A stretch of 64,000 bases of DNA from Heteronotia binoei. Taxonomy: Eukaryota. How positions within the stretch are numbered: position 1 is the stretch's first letter; every line of letters starts with the position of its first letter. The notes under the pieces were generated by a model. That model made no database searches. It was given only the letters and a program-made list of their open reading frames with translations, and was not told where the DNA came from. The stretch spans positions 21,824,001 to 21,888,000 of the forward strand of contig NC_083238.1 of NCBI RefSeq assembly GCF_032191835.1. Reading direction: 5' to 3'. This document shows positions 24,223 through 37,836 of this stretch, piece after piece. Position numbers and translations under genes: made by a program.

Positions 24223-24495
24223 AGAGTTTGATGTAGTGGTTAAGTGTATGGACTCTTATCTGGGAGAACCGGGTTTGATTCCCCACTCCTCCACTTACAC
24301 CTGCTAGCATGGCCTTGGGTCAGCCATAGCTCTGGCAGAGGTTGTCCTTGAAAGGGCAGCTGCTGTGAGAGCCCTCTCAGCCCCACCCTCACAGAATGTC
24401 TGTTGTGGGGGAGGAAGGTAAAGGAGATTGTGAGCCGCTCTGAGATTCGGTGTGGAGGGCGGGATATAAATCCAATATCTTCTTCATCATCTTCT
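24223..24495 (+). mobile_element. Squam3 SINE
   Basis: Same head, CORE and tail as the other copies. Confidence 0.85.
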
Positions 24496-26341
24496 AGTGA
24501 ATTTGTCTAATGAGATGTGGATTGAGAAACTTCCCAGTACTTTGTCACTGTTGGAGACATGACATATGACAGATCCTGTGAATTTAGGGGGAGGTATTTG
24601 TGAGTTTCCTGCATTGTGCAGGGGGTTGGAGTAGATGACCCTGGAGGTCCCTTCCAACTCTATGATTCAGATCTCTTCACAACCTTACATACTGTGCCTC
24701 TTCTTCATTTTATCAGGGCTCATGACTCTGACACTTCCAGTTTGACAACAGGCCAGCCACATATCTTGTGCCTTAAACATTTCTGAACATTCCCCAAGGT
24801 CACTTGGGATGCTTTTCAATACTCTGCAAGATACCTTTGTACTATCTTTTTTTTTGTCTGCATATTCTTACTAAAATATAATTTTTGGTACATTCTGTAG
24901 TTCAAACTCTTATGTAACTGAAATGTCTAGCATTTCTTTTCCCCTCTAAATGTTTACTAGAGGAATAGATACAAGTTTATTCCCATATTCCATGTTGTCC
25001 ATGAATATATTTCATTAAACCATATTCTGCAATGCTGCTTTTGCCTGAATCTTCAATTTTATAAAGCAAATCCATACAAAAGTTGGGAAAAGTTCATTTG
25101 AAGGGCTTGTTTTGGTTTATATTTCTTGTATTATTTTTACTTGTAAGCCACTTTGTTTCTGAAGCGGTGGCACAGAAATATCCTAAGCGAGTTTTACTTA
25201 AAATCATGCTAGTCAACTGTGCACTTAAAATTATGCCAGTAAACTCTCCTTGTATTTGGAGAGGCAGTATATAATTTCCTGAATAGGGTCTTCTGTGATG
25301 GAGCTTTCCCAGTGTAAAAAACAAGTTGTTGCAAATTGTACTAAGAGTAGAACAATATTACTGTAAATTCAATTGTTATAGCATAAGCTTTAGTTACTTT
25401 AGCCCAGGTTGGTCACATTTTATTTAGTTCATTATATATATTTTTGTACTCTACCAAATGCTTTCATTTGCCAGAAAACTCCCAAGCTTCGGCCAGAATA
25501 TCCCTTCACATTGTAAAATATCTGCAGCAACTTCTAGGAAGCATACTCTGCTCATAAAGGATACAAATCACACCTGTTGTGCTTCACGCCATGGCACTTG
25601 AATGCCCTAACGGACTGTATCTACACATTATAGGGGAACATCAGTAATGTAAGGACATACTATCAAGTAATTGTCCACTATTCTTGATGGTCTCGCAGAG
25701 GGTATGTTCCTGAGGTATGTTCCATTGAATGCAATTTGAAAATAATCCAGTGAAATACTAATTTCCCAGTCCTCATGCAGCTATTCAGCTATGTATAGCT
25801 AACACTTACCGTAGTAGTTATTATAACTTCATTTTATCGTTGTAGCCAGCACCAGTCCAGCCTTCTTTTGGTTGGCCTTTAGAAACATAACTTGTGTGTG
25901 GCTTCACAATTTAATCTCCCACATCTTTTCTTAGTACCTGCATGTAAAAGAATAGTATTAATGAGATCCAAATACTTAGATCAGGCATCCCCAATGTGGC
26001 TGCTGCCATGGGGTGTGCCATTAGTTGCCTGGTGCCCATTTGCTTTCATCCTCAAAGCAAGGAGCGGCTACTGGCTTTCTTCTAGGAGAAGGAGGTGCAC
26101 CAGAAAATCTCAGGAAGCATCACCTTTGTTTCTTCAGAAATGACTTATCATAGAAGGATGTCTGTGTTTTGTGACCAATGCCAGTATCCCATGGCGGCCA
26201 TTTAGGGGTGATACCTACCTCTCATTCTCCACATTCTAAAAGTGCTCATAAGTTTGACAGTATTGGACCTTCCTGCCAAGTTCTCCCCCCCCCCCAAACA
26301 CTTCTCAATGAACTTGCAGAAAACTTATGTGTATTTAATTT

Positions 26342-27025
26342 GTGGTAGATAATTCACTGAAAATGTCAAGACAGTGTGCGTTTGCAATAAAAAAGGCCAA
26401 CGCCATGCTGGGAATTATTAGGAAGGGAATTGGAAACAAATCAGCCAGTATCATAATGCCCCTGTATAAATCGATGGGGCGGTCTCATTTGGAGTACTGT
26501 GTGCAGTTCTGGTCGCCGCACCTCAAAAAGGATATTATAGCATTGGAGAAGTCCAGAAAAGAGCAACTAGAATGATTAAAGGGCTGGAACACTTTCCCTA
26601 TGAAGAAAGGTTGAAACGCTTAGGGCTCTTTAGCATGGAGAAACGTCGACTGCGGGCTGACATGATAGAGGTTTACAAGATAATGCATGGGATGGAGAAA
26701 GTAGAGAAAGAAGTCCTTTTCTCCCATTCTCACAATACAAGAACTCGTGGGCATTCGATGAAATTGCTGAGCAGACAGGTTAAAACAGATAAAAGGAAGT
26801 ACTTCTTCACCCAAAGGGTGATTAACATGTGGAATTCACTGCCACAGGAGGTGGCGGCGGCCACAAGCATAGCCACCTTCAAGAGGGGGTTAGATAAAAA
26901 TATGGAGCAGAGGTCCATCAGTGGCTATTAGCCACAGTGCGTGTGTGTGTATATATATATAACGTTGGACTGGATGGGCCATTGGCCTGATCTAACATGC
27001 CTTCTCTTATGTTCTTATGTTCTTA
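26342..27025 (+). mobile_element. 5'-truncated CR1 LINE with a single 3' tail
   Basis: Frameshifted ORF pieces 26342-26575 and 26572-26931 nearly identical to the 4637-5164 copy; ends ttatgttcttatgttctta. Confidence 0.93.
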
Positions 27026-28029
27026 ATTCATTTGTGCCCTGCTTTTCTTCCTAGTGGGGATCCAAAGTGTCTATCATTCCCCTCTCCTCTCTATTTTATC
27101 CTCACAGCAACCCTGTGAGGTAGGTTAGGTGTGGCTGGCCCAAGATCATGTAGCAAGCTTTCATGGCACAAGCGGGAATCTGAATCTGGGTCTTCCAGAT
27201 GTTAGTCTGACATTCTTAACCAATTCACCACACTGGCTGTCTCTTGTGTTGTCATACAATAATGGAGACAGCTGGACTCAATATCTTTTGGCATTCATTC
27301 CAAGTCTCTGGTAAAGGAATTTATGAAAAGACAGCATTTCAGTTTGAATTGTTGATCTTTTTAAAGTGTAGCACAAGGTTTACCCAGGTAAAGGTTTGCT
27401 ACTCTTGTCATGATTAGCTGGCCATTATAGCTAAATATTTTTTTGCCACCAGAGGGTAGCATACGCTTGCAAAATTATAAAGCTGCAGTCTGCTAAATTG
27501 CCTGATGGGATTTCCTGATAGTTGTTTTCAGCTCAGGAAACAAAGTATGACTGCAGCGTTTAAGAGGAAAAGCAAATATTTTTAGGCTGTTAAGCTTTGT
27601 AGGAAGTAAAAACCATTAGGCCAAACAAATGAAAAAAAACACTGAACATTTTCATACACACAGCTCAGGAATTGACGTATGTATGGGCAACTGCCCTGTC
27701 TTGTATTTTGATGGATTAACATTTGTCCTGAAAGCCCAATACATTCAAAACAAAAAGGTTGATAGCTCTGCTTCAAACTGAAATAAGAGACTCGGCCCCT
27801 TTCTGACTTTATGGTTCAGCTTCTTTAAAGGCTTCACAGTTGATACGATACTCTTACAACAAAGACTTTTTACAATGGTACATATATTTGCATTCTGATA
27901 TCGCATCCGTTATTTTGGATGGGTAGGGTTCAAACGATCTAAAGATACCAATTGGAGTATAGAGTATTCGTAGGGCTGCAAGTCCTCCCCAGCCATGGGG
28001 AGGTAGAGTTCAATTTCAATGTCAAACCT

Positions 28030-28810
28030 TTAATGGCTTTGCATAAATTACAGAAAAAAGATCTGGATAGACAAGATAAGTCAGGATTGAACTTAGGTTA
28101 GGCATAAAATCAAGCATAGCCAGAGTTGCGTTGGAGAATGGTGGCCAAAAATTTTGCAACAGCACAGGTAATTTCTGAATTAGAGTCATTCAGGAAAAAT
28201 GGACAGGCAAATAGTTCTGATTGATGGTAGGAGGGAAGAATCTGCTAAACAATTCCTGGAGGGGTTTTTCATATAGATGACAAGTACTCAGTAAGTGAAA
28301 AATTGTATCAGGGGAGCTTGCACCGCAGGAACAGAGCCTTTCATGAAAAGGAATTTGGAGATATCTCCCCTGCAAGACCTTGGAAGGAAATGCATTCAGT
28401 CTGGCCAACATAAAAGCCCTGCGATGTGTAGGGATTACTAAATCAGTTAAATATCTGTGCATTTTACTGCAACAGATGTCAGGACCCGAGGTAGCTGGAG
28501 AGCAGACATTAGGGTTAGCTGGGCATAATTTAAGTTTCTCTGAATCGAATAATTTTTTCTTAATACAACCGAAGATATATTATTCATCAGAAGTAGTCAG
28601 ATCATCAGTAGTCAACCCTAATTGGTTAAGTTTGGACAGAAGGACCACTGACCAAGCTGAAGTATAAGAGTCCCTCAACAAGTAGGCAATAAGACTATGA
28701 GGCTCGGCCCTAAAATGAACCTTAAGCCAGAATTTGAATGCTGCCATCCAAGCCTTTGATTCAATCAACGACTGACCTAATTCAGAACAGAGAACAAAAT
28801 AAGACACACA
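28030..28810 (-). mobile_element. Non-LTR retrotransposon 3' region with CCHC knuckle (clade uncertain)
   Basis: ORF 28190-28462 RRAFMLARLNAFPS...ERLCSCG...DTIFHLLSTC, a post-RT zinc knuckle; upstream decayed frame 28580-28807. Confidence 0.7.
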
Positions 28811-29822
28811 TTTGGGGACACCTAAGGTCTGCCTAAAAAAGGAGACTTGAACATTTTCTACTTTCTTGGGAGGTAGAGTTTCCAGGTTGGGAAACCCTTG
28901 ATGAATTTGGGGATGAACCTGGGGAAAACAGGGACCTCAGAGGGCTGCAATGTCATAGAGTCCCCTCTCCAAAGCTGCCATTTTTCCAGGGGAACTGATC
29001 TCTATAATCTGGAAATGAGCTGTGATTCTAGGAGATCCCTGGGTCCCACCTGGAAGCTGGCATGCCCTAGTGTGGAGATTGGGGGGTGCTGATTCAATGT
29101 GTTTGGGCGCTGAAATTAGCACTGCCTGGCATATTCTTCATTCCATGTAGTAATATTTTTGAACAGTTTTTGCAAATTACAACTCTTTTGAAGCAAAGAG
29201 GTCAGTAAGAAAAAAATGCAAACCCTTGACAACGTTAGTCCATTTTTATATTGAGGGTCGAAGTTAAAATAGCAGTGTTCTTGATGGTTAAAGAAATAGG
29301 ACAAAATAAAACTATATAAAACAAAGCATCGCTTCGCTGGCTACGCAATCCTGTGCAGTTATTCTCGTTCCAGTCCTTTGGAATCAATTCACAGATTGGA
29401 GAATTTCTGCGTAGGGTTGCACTGCCAGTCATGCAGTCAATCAAGTGGTGCAGTTATAATTTTATTTTTATTTTATTTTATTTTTCAAACGACTGGCATT
29501 TCTCACACGCTGCTTTGATTCTGAAGCTTGCTACGCTGTATTAAAGTGAGATTATTCCTTCCTAAAATGCCTGCATTGTTTTAATAGTTAATTGAGCTAA
29601 CGGGGCATATTGGGGTTAGACATTCTTTGAAAATACCAGCTGTCTGGTCTCTGGATGGAAAACGGTAGGTGAAAGGCAGTAGGACTCATGCTATCTGTAT
29701 TATGACTTTTGTGATAAAAAGGACACCTTTTATTGAGGAGATGTCTGTTCTGTTCACTCTGGTGTGCATTAATCTGGGCCACTTTAGCTATTAACTATCT
29801 ACATCATTGTTCCGCCTTTCCT

Positions 29823-30320
29823 GGAGAGCCAGTTTGGTGTAGTGGTTAAGTGTGCGGACTCTTATCTGGGAGAACGGGGTTTGATTCCCCACTCCTCCAC
29901 TTGCAGCTGCTGGAATGGCCTTGGGTCAGCCATAGCTGTGGCAGAGGTTGTCCTTGAAAGGGCAGCTGCTGGGAGAGCCCTCTCCAGCCCCACCCACCTC
30001 ACAGGGCGTCTGTTGTGGGGGAGGAAGGTAAAGGAGATTGTGAGCCGCTCTGAGACTCTCAGGAGTGGAGGGCGGGATATAAATCCAATATCTTCCATCT
30101 ACCTCACAGGGTGTCTGTTGTGGGGGAGGAAGGGAAAGGAGATTGTGAGCTGCTCTGAGACTCTTCGGAGTGGAGGGTGGGATATAAATCCAATATCTTC
30201 ATCTATCTCACAGGGTGTCTGTTGTGGGGGAGGAAGGTAAAGGAGATTGTGAGCCGCTCTGAGACTCTTTGGAGTGGAGGGCGGGATATAAATCCAATAT
30301 CTTCTTCTTCTTCCTCCTCC
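29823..30320 (+). mobile_element. Squam3 SINE with three tandem copies of its 3' 104-105 bp
   Basis: Units start at 29997, 30102 and 30206. Confidence 0.9.
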
Positions 30321-31302
30321 AAGTAGATCAGGCTAGCACTATTCTTTCTTCCACTATTTCGGTCCTTGCAAGGTTGTGATGCACCCACTGAGTTTCTCGG
30401 TTGAAGGAAAACTTAAAAACATGATGTTGTGGGTCAGCAGCTGCAACAGCTGATACTGACCCTGTCAATGATCCTGAGGTGGCAGAAACGAGTCCTTGGG
30501 CACCAGTTGCTGATGTTGCTAGAGACCGTGTGGGCCATAGCCCCGTGGGCACTGAGACTGCAGAGGAGGCAACCCTGACAGGCAGTGAGCCAGTGACCCA
30601 GAATTCAAGAAAGGCTGCCTCGCCTCCCCCTTCCCCAGAGCCAGGGGAATACAGGAGGTGACAGGTACGCTTGGAGTTCCTCGAGAGGAGACAGAGTGTG
30701 TGCCTCGCAGCCCGGCATTTACCAAGTCAGGAGGAACACCTGGGGCTAATGAGCCAAATGGAGGGTTCCCCTGCCAGTTCAATGAGACCCAGCTGGGAAT
30801 GGGAGCAACTCGTCAACATTCTGGAGATGCCACGACCACAGCACCTGACCCTGATACCGCCTGTGATTTCTGAGCTCCTGGCTTTGACCCACGGACCCGC
30901 TCGACTATGCCTCTTGGACCTGCTTGGACCTTGTTCCCTGGATTCCCAGCTGGCCTCCTTTATGTATGACTTTTGGGCTGACTTTTCGGCTACATGAACT
31001 TAGTTAGTGTCCCTGCTTTGTCGCCCTTGGTTTCAGCTGCCCGAGTCTGCCTCAGTACTGTTTCAACACCCTTGAGCGCTGGCCATGCTTTTGACACCGA
31101 CGTTGTAATTGCGAAAGCCAAGAATGCTGTACCACAGTGCTCTTCAGCCTTTTCAGAACTTAGACTCTTAAGCTTCAAGGATGCGGCATCAGACTCAGAT
31201 GATGGGTGGCATCAGACTCACATTGCAGGTGTGAAGGCCAGGTCAGTGGGCTGTAGACCAACAGAGATGGAGACAGAAAACATTCGCTGACCTCTGGTAG
31301 TG

Positions 31303-31582
31303 AAGAAGAAGAATTGCAGATTTATATCCCGCCCTTCTCCCTGAATCAGAGACTCAGAGCGGCTTACAATCTCCTATGTCTTCTCCCCTCACAACAGACA
31401 CCCTGTGAGGTGGGTGGGGCTGAGAGGGCCCTCACAGCAGCTGCCCTTTCAAGGACAACCTCTGCCAGAGCTATGGCTGACCCAAGGCCATGCCAGCAGG
31501 TGCAAGTGGAGGAGTGGGGAGTCAAACCCGGTTCTCCCAGATAAGAGTCCGCACACTTAACCGCTACACCAAACTGGCTCTC
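31303..31582 (-). mobile_element. Squam3 SINE
   Basis: Full reverse-complement copy. Confidence 0.85.
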
Positions 31583-32941
31583 CAAGACAAGGGTCAGAAC
31601 CAGGGAGGTTAAGAACAAGACAAGGGTCAGAACCAGGGAGGTATCTTCTCTGCTGCTCAGTGACTTTGCCTCATTGACCTGCTGTTCCTCTCAAGTGTGC
31701 ATTCAAAGAGAAGCAGAAGCCATAGCACCATTGCTCTCTATGCTTGCCTGCTAGCAGCAAGTCTGTCCGAAAGAAAGGGAAAATATAACAGCTTTAGTGG
31801 GGATCAGTGATCCACATAAGGATCTTAACCTATAGGCTGAGAACCACTGCTAAATCATGCAATAGCGTTTATTTCAAAATAAAGGCTACATTTGAGACAT
31901 ATGTATTTTTTACATAATTAATGAGGGGGGAGAGAGAGAGTTATGTGAATGAAACTCATGTTTACATGTAATATAAACTTATGTACCGGAGTACCAGGGC
32001 TTTTTTTGAGCAGGAATGCTGGCTTGGTGTCAGGGGGTTTGGTCTAATATGCAAATGAGTTCCTGCTGAGCGTTTTCTAAAATAAAAAAAAGCCCTGCGG
32101 AGTTCAATGAATTTCAATGATCCAATTGACCCAGTAAGGCAAGCACAGAAGCACAGTTAGGTAAAAGCTGGTCAACTGTCCAGATAAATATGCTATTTAT
32201 TTATTTATTACTTTCCATTTATATCCCACCCTCTCCGCAAGCGGACTCAGGGCGGCTTACAACATCATAAAAACAATCAATCCAGTAAAACATATAAAAC
32301 CATAATTTACATATATCAACTTTAAAACCATTCTATAGCGCTATTTCAGTCCAGTATAGGCGGTACTGACTTCTCGACTATGATCGCCAGCATTCTGTAG
32401 GATGTCCGGTGGCAGCCCTTTTTCAATCAAACCGCAAAAGCCTGTTTAAACAATTCGGTCTTACAGGCCCTGCGGAACGCAGACAAATCCCGCAGAAAGA
32501 GTAGTGGCAGAATCCAGAAGAATGGCAGAATGTAGGCCTTGGAGATCAGGGCTTTAGAACAAGGGTGAGAGAGCAAAAGTACTGCAAAATAAATAGTGAT
32601 AGTGGTTCCATTCCATTTGGCCCATGGCACACATCAGCCTGAATGGATATGTTACTTTTGTCCTTTACATCTTCTCCCATGAGAGACTGGGTCAAGGAGA
32701 TCATGGAAACCGAATCCATAATTAGTTTGTTCTTTGGGAAAGACTTTGTTTGCTGTGGAAGTACTGGTAGCCAGGTTTTTGGGGTTTTTTTATAGTGGGA
32801 ACTCTACATATTAGGCCATACACCCCTGATGTAGCCAATTCTCTTGGAGCTTACAGAAGGCCCTGTACTAAAAGCCCTGTAAGCTCTTGGAGGATTGGCT
32901 ACATCAGGGGTGTGTGGCCTAATATGCAAATGAGTTTATGC

Positions 32942-33077
32942 CAGGAGTGGCCAACGGTAGCTCTCCAGATGTTTTTTGCCTACAACTCCCATCAGCCCCA
33001 GCCAGCATGGCCAATGGCTATGGCTGATGGGAGTTGTAGGCAAAAAACATCTGGAGAGCTACCGTTGGCTACCCCTG
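32942..33077. mobile_element. Same palindromic hAT MITE, nested in another MITE
   Basis: Same TIRs; TSD GTTTATGC / GTTTATAC (7 of 8). Confidence 0.85.
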
Positions 33078-35486
33078 GTTTATACTACAAAAAAAGCCCG
33101 GCTGATAGCCAGTTAAAGTCACAAAAAAAACAGGCAGCTTTTGTGACAGAGGTTGAATGCAGGCACTAGAGGAATCTCTCAGAGTGATAAGGATTAATTT
33201 GCATGGCAACCAGTGAGTCGCACAAGGAGGTGACCAGAGACTGGATAAGATAAGGAACAGAGCAGTCAGAAGACTGTGCTATAGTGGAGCTGGAGAAATT
33301 CCAGAAGGTACTGAAGGTTACAAGTGCCCTGGTGCATGTTTCTATCTAGTATTCAAAGCTGTGAGGCTCCCCTGCCAGAGAGAGAGAGGGCACACCTGAA
33401 ATTTTCACACAAACTATAACTTACATTACTGGTATCTTAAAACTGTTATTCCTTGTCCTGCACTTTAATGCATTAGAAATGCAACAAATAAGGAATCCAT
33501 CTGCCTTGAATTTGGCTTTACGCATCGGGTGGCAGTAAAACCTGTCCACTTCTTAAAGTTTGCTTTTGTTGATGCACATCCAAGTGTCGCATGAATGCAC
33601 GTAAGAGGTTTACATGGTTAGTTCCTAAGTTAAGACAGCTGTTTCCTCTATTGTACAAAAGCAATGGTGAAACTCTCGGAGTTTTATATGCTCTGCAGGA
33701 TTAATAATTCCAGTTCAGTGGTTTTAAAAGCTTCTCAGGCGAGCTGGGAAGAACATCGATCTTGATGCATACAGTAACACGCATGACTGTTGAGAAGGCC
33801 TGTGTCAGCAACCGACAGGGTCACCCTTCCCTTGTGAATGAATCCAGACCTAGATTTGACTCCATAGGACAATATAATTTGGAGAGGGCAAGGTCTGCTG
33901 TTGTTTTCACCTTCCACCTGCCCCATGCCAGAGTGATACAAGGATGCTGAATGGATAAGCCAAAATGAATAGTGTAATCATCCAGCATGCCTGGAGTTTA
34001 ACATCTCTGTGTGTTTGATGTAATTTGTAAGAGCATTTAAATAAAAAACAATTTAAAATTTATCAGGGTAAATGCTATTTCAGCAACATTATATTTCATA
34101 TAGAAGTCACCTTTCCTGTGCTTGGACTTTATTGCTTTTACATCAAACTGGAAATGTGTATGTGCGTGGCACAACGGTAACGTTAATCTACTTGGTACTT
34201 CCACCCTTTCTTCAGAGACCTCAGAGCAACACGCTTGGTTCTTCCTTCCTCATTTTATCCTTCATAACAACCCTGTGAGGTGGCTTAAGCTGAGAGAGTG
34301 GAACTGGCCCATCTGTCAGGACCTCGAGTCAAGGAATAACACAGTCCAATAGTTCAGCAGTTTATCCCATAAGCATCATAAGGCAGTACACTATCTTTGC
34401 TAAGACTAACGTCTTAGCCCAGGGACTCTCCATTTAACCCCTCGCTGTAACTGTTACCTTTTCATGTGCAAGCGCAGCAAAGGAAAAGCGGGAACCAGGT
34501 TTTGGCAGGAACCCCTCCCACCCTCCTTTGGAGTCCACCCCTAGTTTCACAGTCCAGGTGTCTAATCTATACTTCCCCAGTGTCTGACCTTGAAGTCGGT
34601 GGAAACAGCTTGACTAATAAGTTCTCAAGAGAGGATGAGCAAAGCAAGAATGCACCCAGGCAAATTGATTATAGCACAAAACATGGCAAGAGGTATACAG
34701 AGGAGATGACTCTTGACACCATCACTCAGGAAGCTTTAAGGCACAGCAAGGATCCCAGCCAACTCTCTTGCCAATAGACCAGCTCCTGTGTGTATCTGAC
34801 TATATAATTTGTACACAGAGTTGCCAGCTTCAGGTTGGGAAATACCTGTGATTGGGGGGGGGGGGATAACCCAAGGCGGGCAGGGTTTGGGAGGGGAGAG
34901 ACTTTAAAGGCGTTTCATGCCATACAGCCCACCTGCCAAAGCAGCCATTTTCCCCAGGTGAACTGATGCAGGCCTGATGGAAGTCAGTTGTAATCCCAAG
35001 CAGACTTCATTTTGGGCAGGAGCTCACAGAAGCGGAGCTCTGGAACCTCTACATTTTATTGTGCTTGCTCTTAACACCCCCACCCCCCAGAAAAAAATTG
35101 CTTCTGGGTGCCATTGTTCAATCCCCCTGTGAGAAGGTTGCTGAACTCTATTTGACAAACTTTCTAATATTTTTCCCCCATCAAAAATGGGAAAATAACC
35201 AAAACATATAAAGCAGACAGATGGAAACCTTCATCGTGCCACTGTGGCCATATAGGAGAAAGTAATTTTAAAAGCATGATGGGAGTAAGGATTTATTATG
35301 ACATTTATAATTCAAGAAGCATTTTAACTTAGTGCACCTTCCAGTGATGTCAGGGGTATGTTGCTTATGCAAATGTGCTCTGCTAATGAGCTCCAGCACC
35401 TCTTTTTCTATGAAATGACCTCTGTTCTCAGGAGATCGGGTTGCCAATCCCCAGTTGGTGGCAGGGCATCCCCCTGGTTTGCCCTT

Positions 35487-35678
35487 GCCTTCCCCAGTCA
35501 TCTACACTTTCCCCCCAGCAAGCTGGGGACTCATTTTACCAATCTCAGAAGGATGGAAGGCTGAGTCAACCTCGAGCCAGCAACCTGAACCCAGCTTCCA
35601 TCGGGATCGAACTCAGGTCGTGAGCAGAGAGCTCCGACTGCAGCACCGCAGCTTTACACTCTGCGCCACAGGGCTCCT
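35487..35678. mobile_element. Sauria SINE, partial, inside a hAT-like MITE
   Basis: Same core as the 10992 copy. Confidence 0.8.
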
Positions 35679-37047
35679 TTTAAAAGGTGCGGGGGTCCCT
35701 TTAAATGTGATTGCCAGAACTCCATTCAGAGTTGAGTCATGCTTGTCACACCCTTGCTCCTGGCTCCACCCCCAAAGTCCCCAGTTATTTCTTTAGTTGG
35801 ATCTGACAACCCTACCAGGAGAACTTCAGCCGCCACCTGTACATTCACAGCCTTTAATGCAGCCAAGCAGAGACTGGCATATGAAAAGTTCAAAGATGAG
35901 CTGTGTTGTCTTCGCACACTATTCTGTGGTCCTTCCAATCACCTTCTATACCTGAGACCCATTGAGGTTAAAGGTAGAAAAAAGTCATATCTTAAAATGC
36001 ATACTTCTCCCCGCTTCCACATTTGATATCACATTCCTGTTAAAAAAAATAAATAAAAGAGAGCAATCAAGAATGCTTGTCATATTTTCTTTCCATGCTG
36101 TGTGTGGCCAGGTTCAATCTTGTCTGGATGGTTTTTCTATTTTTAAAATGTGACATGGAGGTGGGGGGGGAGGAACATGTCTTTGTGGAATCCCCTGAGC
36201 TTTCTGACAATAATTAGTTTCATAGTAACCACCCAGCAGCATCAGAAGTGATTGACAAATAAATTAACTCTGACAGAAAGCAGCCTGATATAATCAAAAG
36301 CAGATAGCGATTTTCCTCAAGCAGCAGGCAATAAAAATGGAAGAAAAACTCCTAGGTCACGTACAGGAAAATTTCCCTATCCTACTCTAAATCAGAAGCT
36401 CTACTTTTACAACATATCTAGTTCTGTCCGGTATACCAAATGTTGTCTTTAATAAACTATGATTAGGAGCTTATGTTCTACATGGCACTCATCGGCTTTA
36501 ATGGATATGTTACTTTGGTCTTTACAGCTTTTTCTAAGAGATACTAGGCCAAGGGGAGCTGAATCACTACCAGGCAAATTAAGCAACTAAGTGTGCATTT
36601 AATTGTGCAGTGTGCACAGTTTTATTAATGTGTAAAACTGTGGAACACTGACCTTTGGAAAAAGTTACTGATATGGTTGCCATTTCCCAGGTAGGGGTAG
36701 AGTAACTATCCAGGGTCAGTGCATCCACCCCTACACTTTCCCCGGGGGACTGCAAGCCCCACTGAAGGAATGCCGTACCAAAAAGCCTCAAAGCTGAGGG
36801 ATTTGTCTGCCAGGCCGCAGCAGGTTCTGACCTTGACAGAATCTATTCAGGAGTCAGGCAGCTTGAAAGAGCCCAGGCAGCTCTCAGTGGCACACTTAGC
36901 AGCAGAAGCCAACCCAGCCAAGTTTCTACCAGAGGGGACTCTGGCACGGAGAGCCAGGAGAGGTCTGTCACGGGGGGCAGGCTGGAACAGCAGGCAGAAC
37001 TGACCTTCTTAGAGGAGATTGGGTGGGGTAGCCAGCTCTTAAAAAGA

Positions 37048-37294
37048 AGAAGACTGTAGATTTATACCCCACCCTTCTCTCTGAATCAGAGCAGCTTACA
37101 ATGTCCTTTATCTTCTTCCTCCTGTGAGGTAGGTGGGGCTGAGAGGACTCTCACAGAAGCTGCCCTCTGAAGGACAAGTTCTGCGAGAGCTATAGCTGAC
37201 CCAAGGCCATTCCAGCAGGTGCAAATGGAGGAGCGGGGAATCAAACCCAGTTCTCCCAAATAAGAGTCTGCACACTTAACCACTACACCAAACT
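37048..37294 (-). mobile_element. Squam3 SINE (shorter 3' part) inside an LTR-like element
   Basis: Head cacacttaaccactacaccaaactg at the right end. Confidence 0.8.
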
Positions 37295-37526
37295 GATTCA
37301 GAAGGAAGGGCCAGTGAGCTTGTTAATCCAAAGTAAGTACCCATTGGCTCATGGGCCTGTCACTCACTCTCCAAGACTGGGTTGGGTAGAGAGGACTGGC
37401 TGAGCCCAGAGTTGGTCCTCCCTTTGAATGCTCAGGAGCAGCAAAGGAGGAAGAGCCAGATCCACTCTGGGGCAGGTGGGAATAATTACTTGGTGGAAGA
37501 GTGTGGGAAAACTGTGAAAATAAACC

Positions 37527-37836
37527 TGTTATCTACGGGGAAACATTGCATAGGTGTTGGTTTGTTAGTTCCTGCTGGGCTCATTAGAGCCTTAAGGACT
37601 GACCTTGGGGACGGTGAAACAATGGGAAGCAGGATCCAAATCTTTGCTTCCCCTGACCAATCGCAAGCCCCTGCTGGTTCAAATCATCCAATGATGTTTA
37701 AGCGCGGGTACTAGAGCCGTATATAGTTGGCCCAGTTCTCCAGTCTTAGTTTTACCAGTAACCTGCTTTATCACTAATAAAGAGCTTTGGTCACTACGCA
37801 ACAAGACTCCTCATGCATCGAACCCAGTATTTAACA
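37527..37836 (+). mobile_element. Solo LTR (310 bp), 5-bp TSD AAACC
   Basis: TGTTA...TAACA termini, TATA-like gtatatag (about 37720), AATAAA (about 37776), and AAACC on both sides. Confidence 0.8.
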
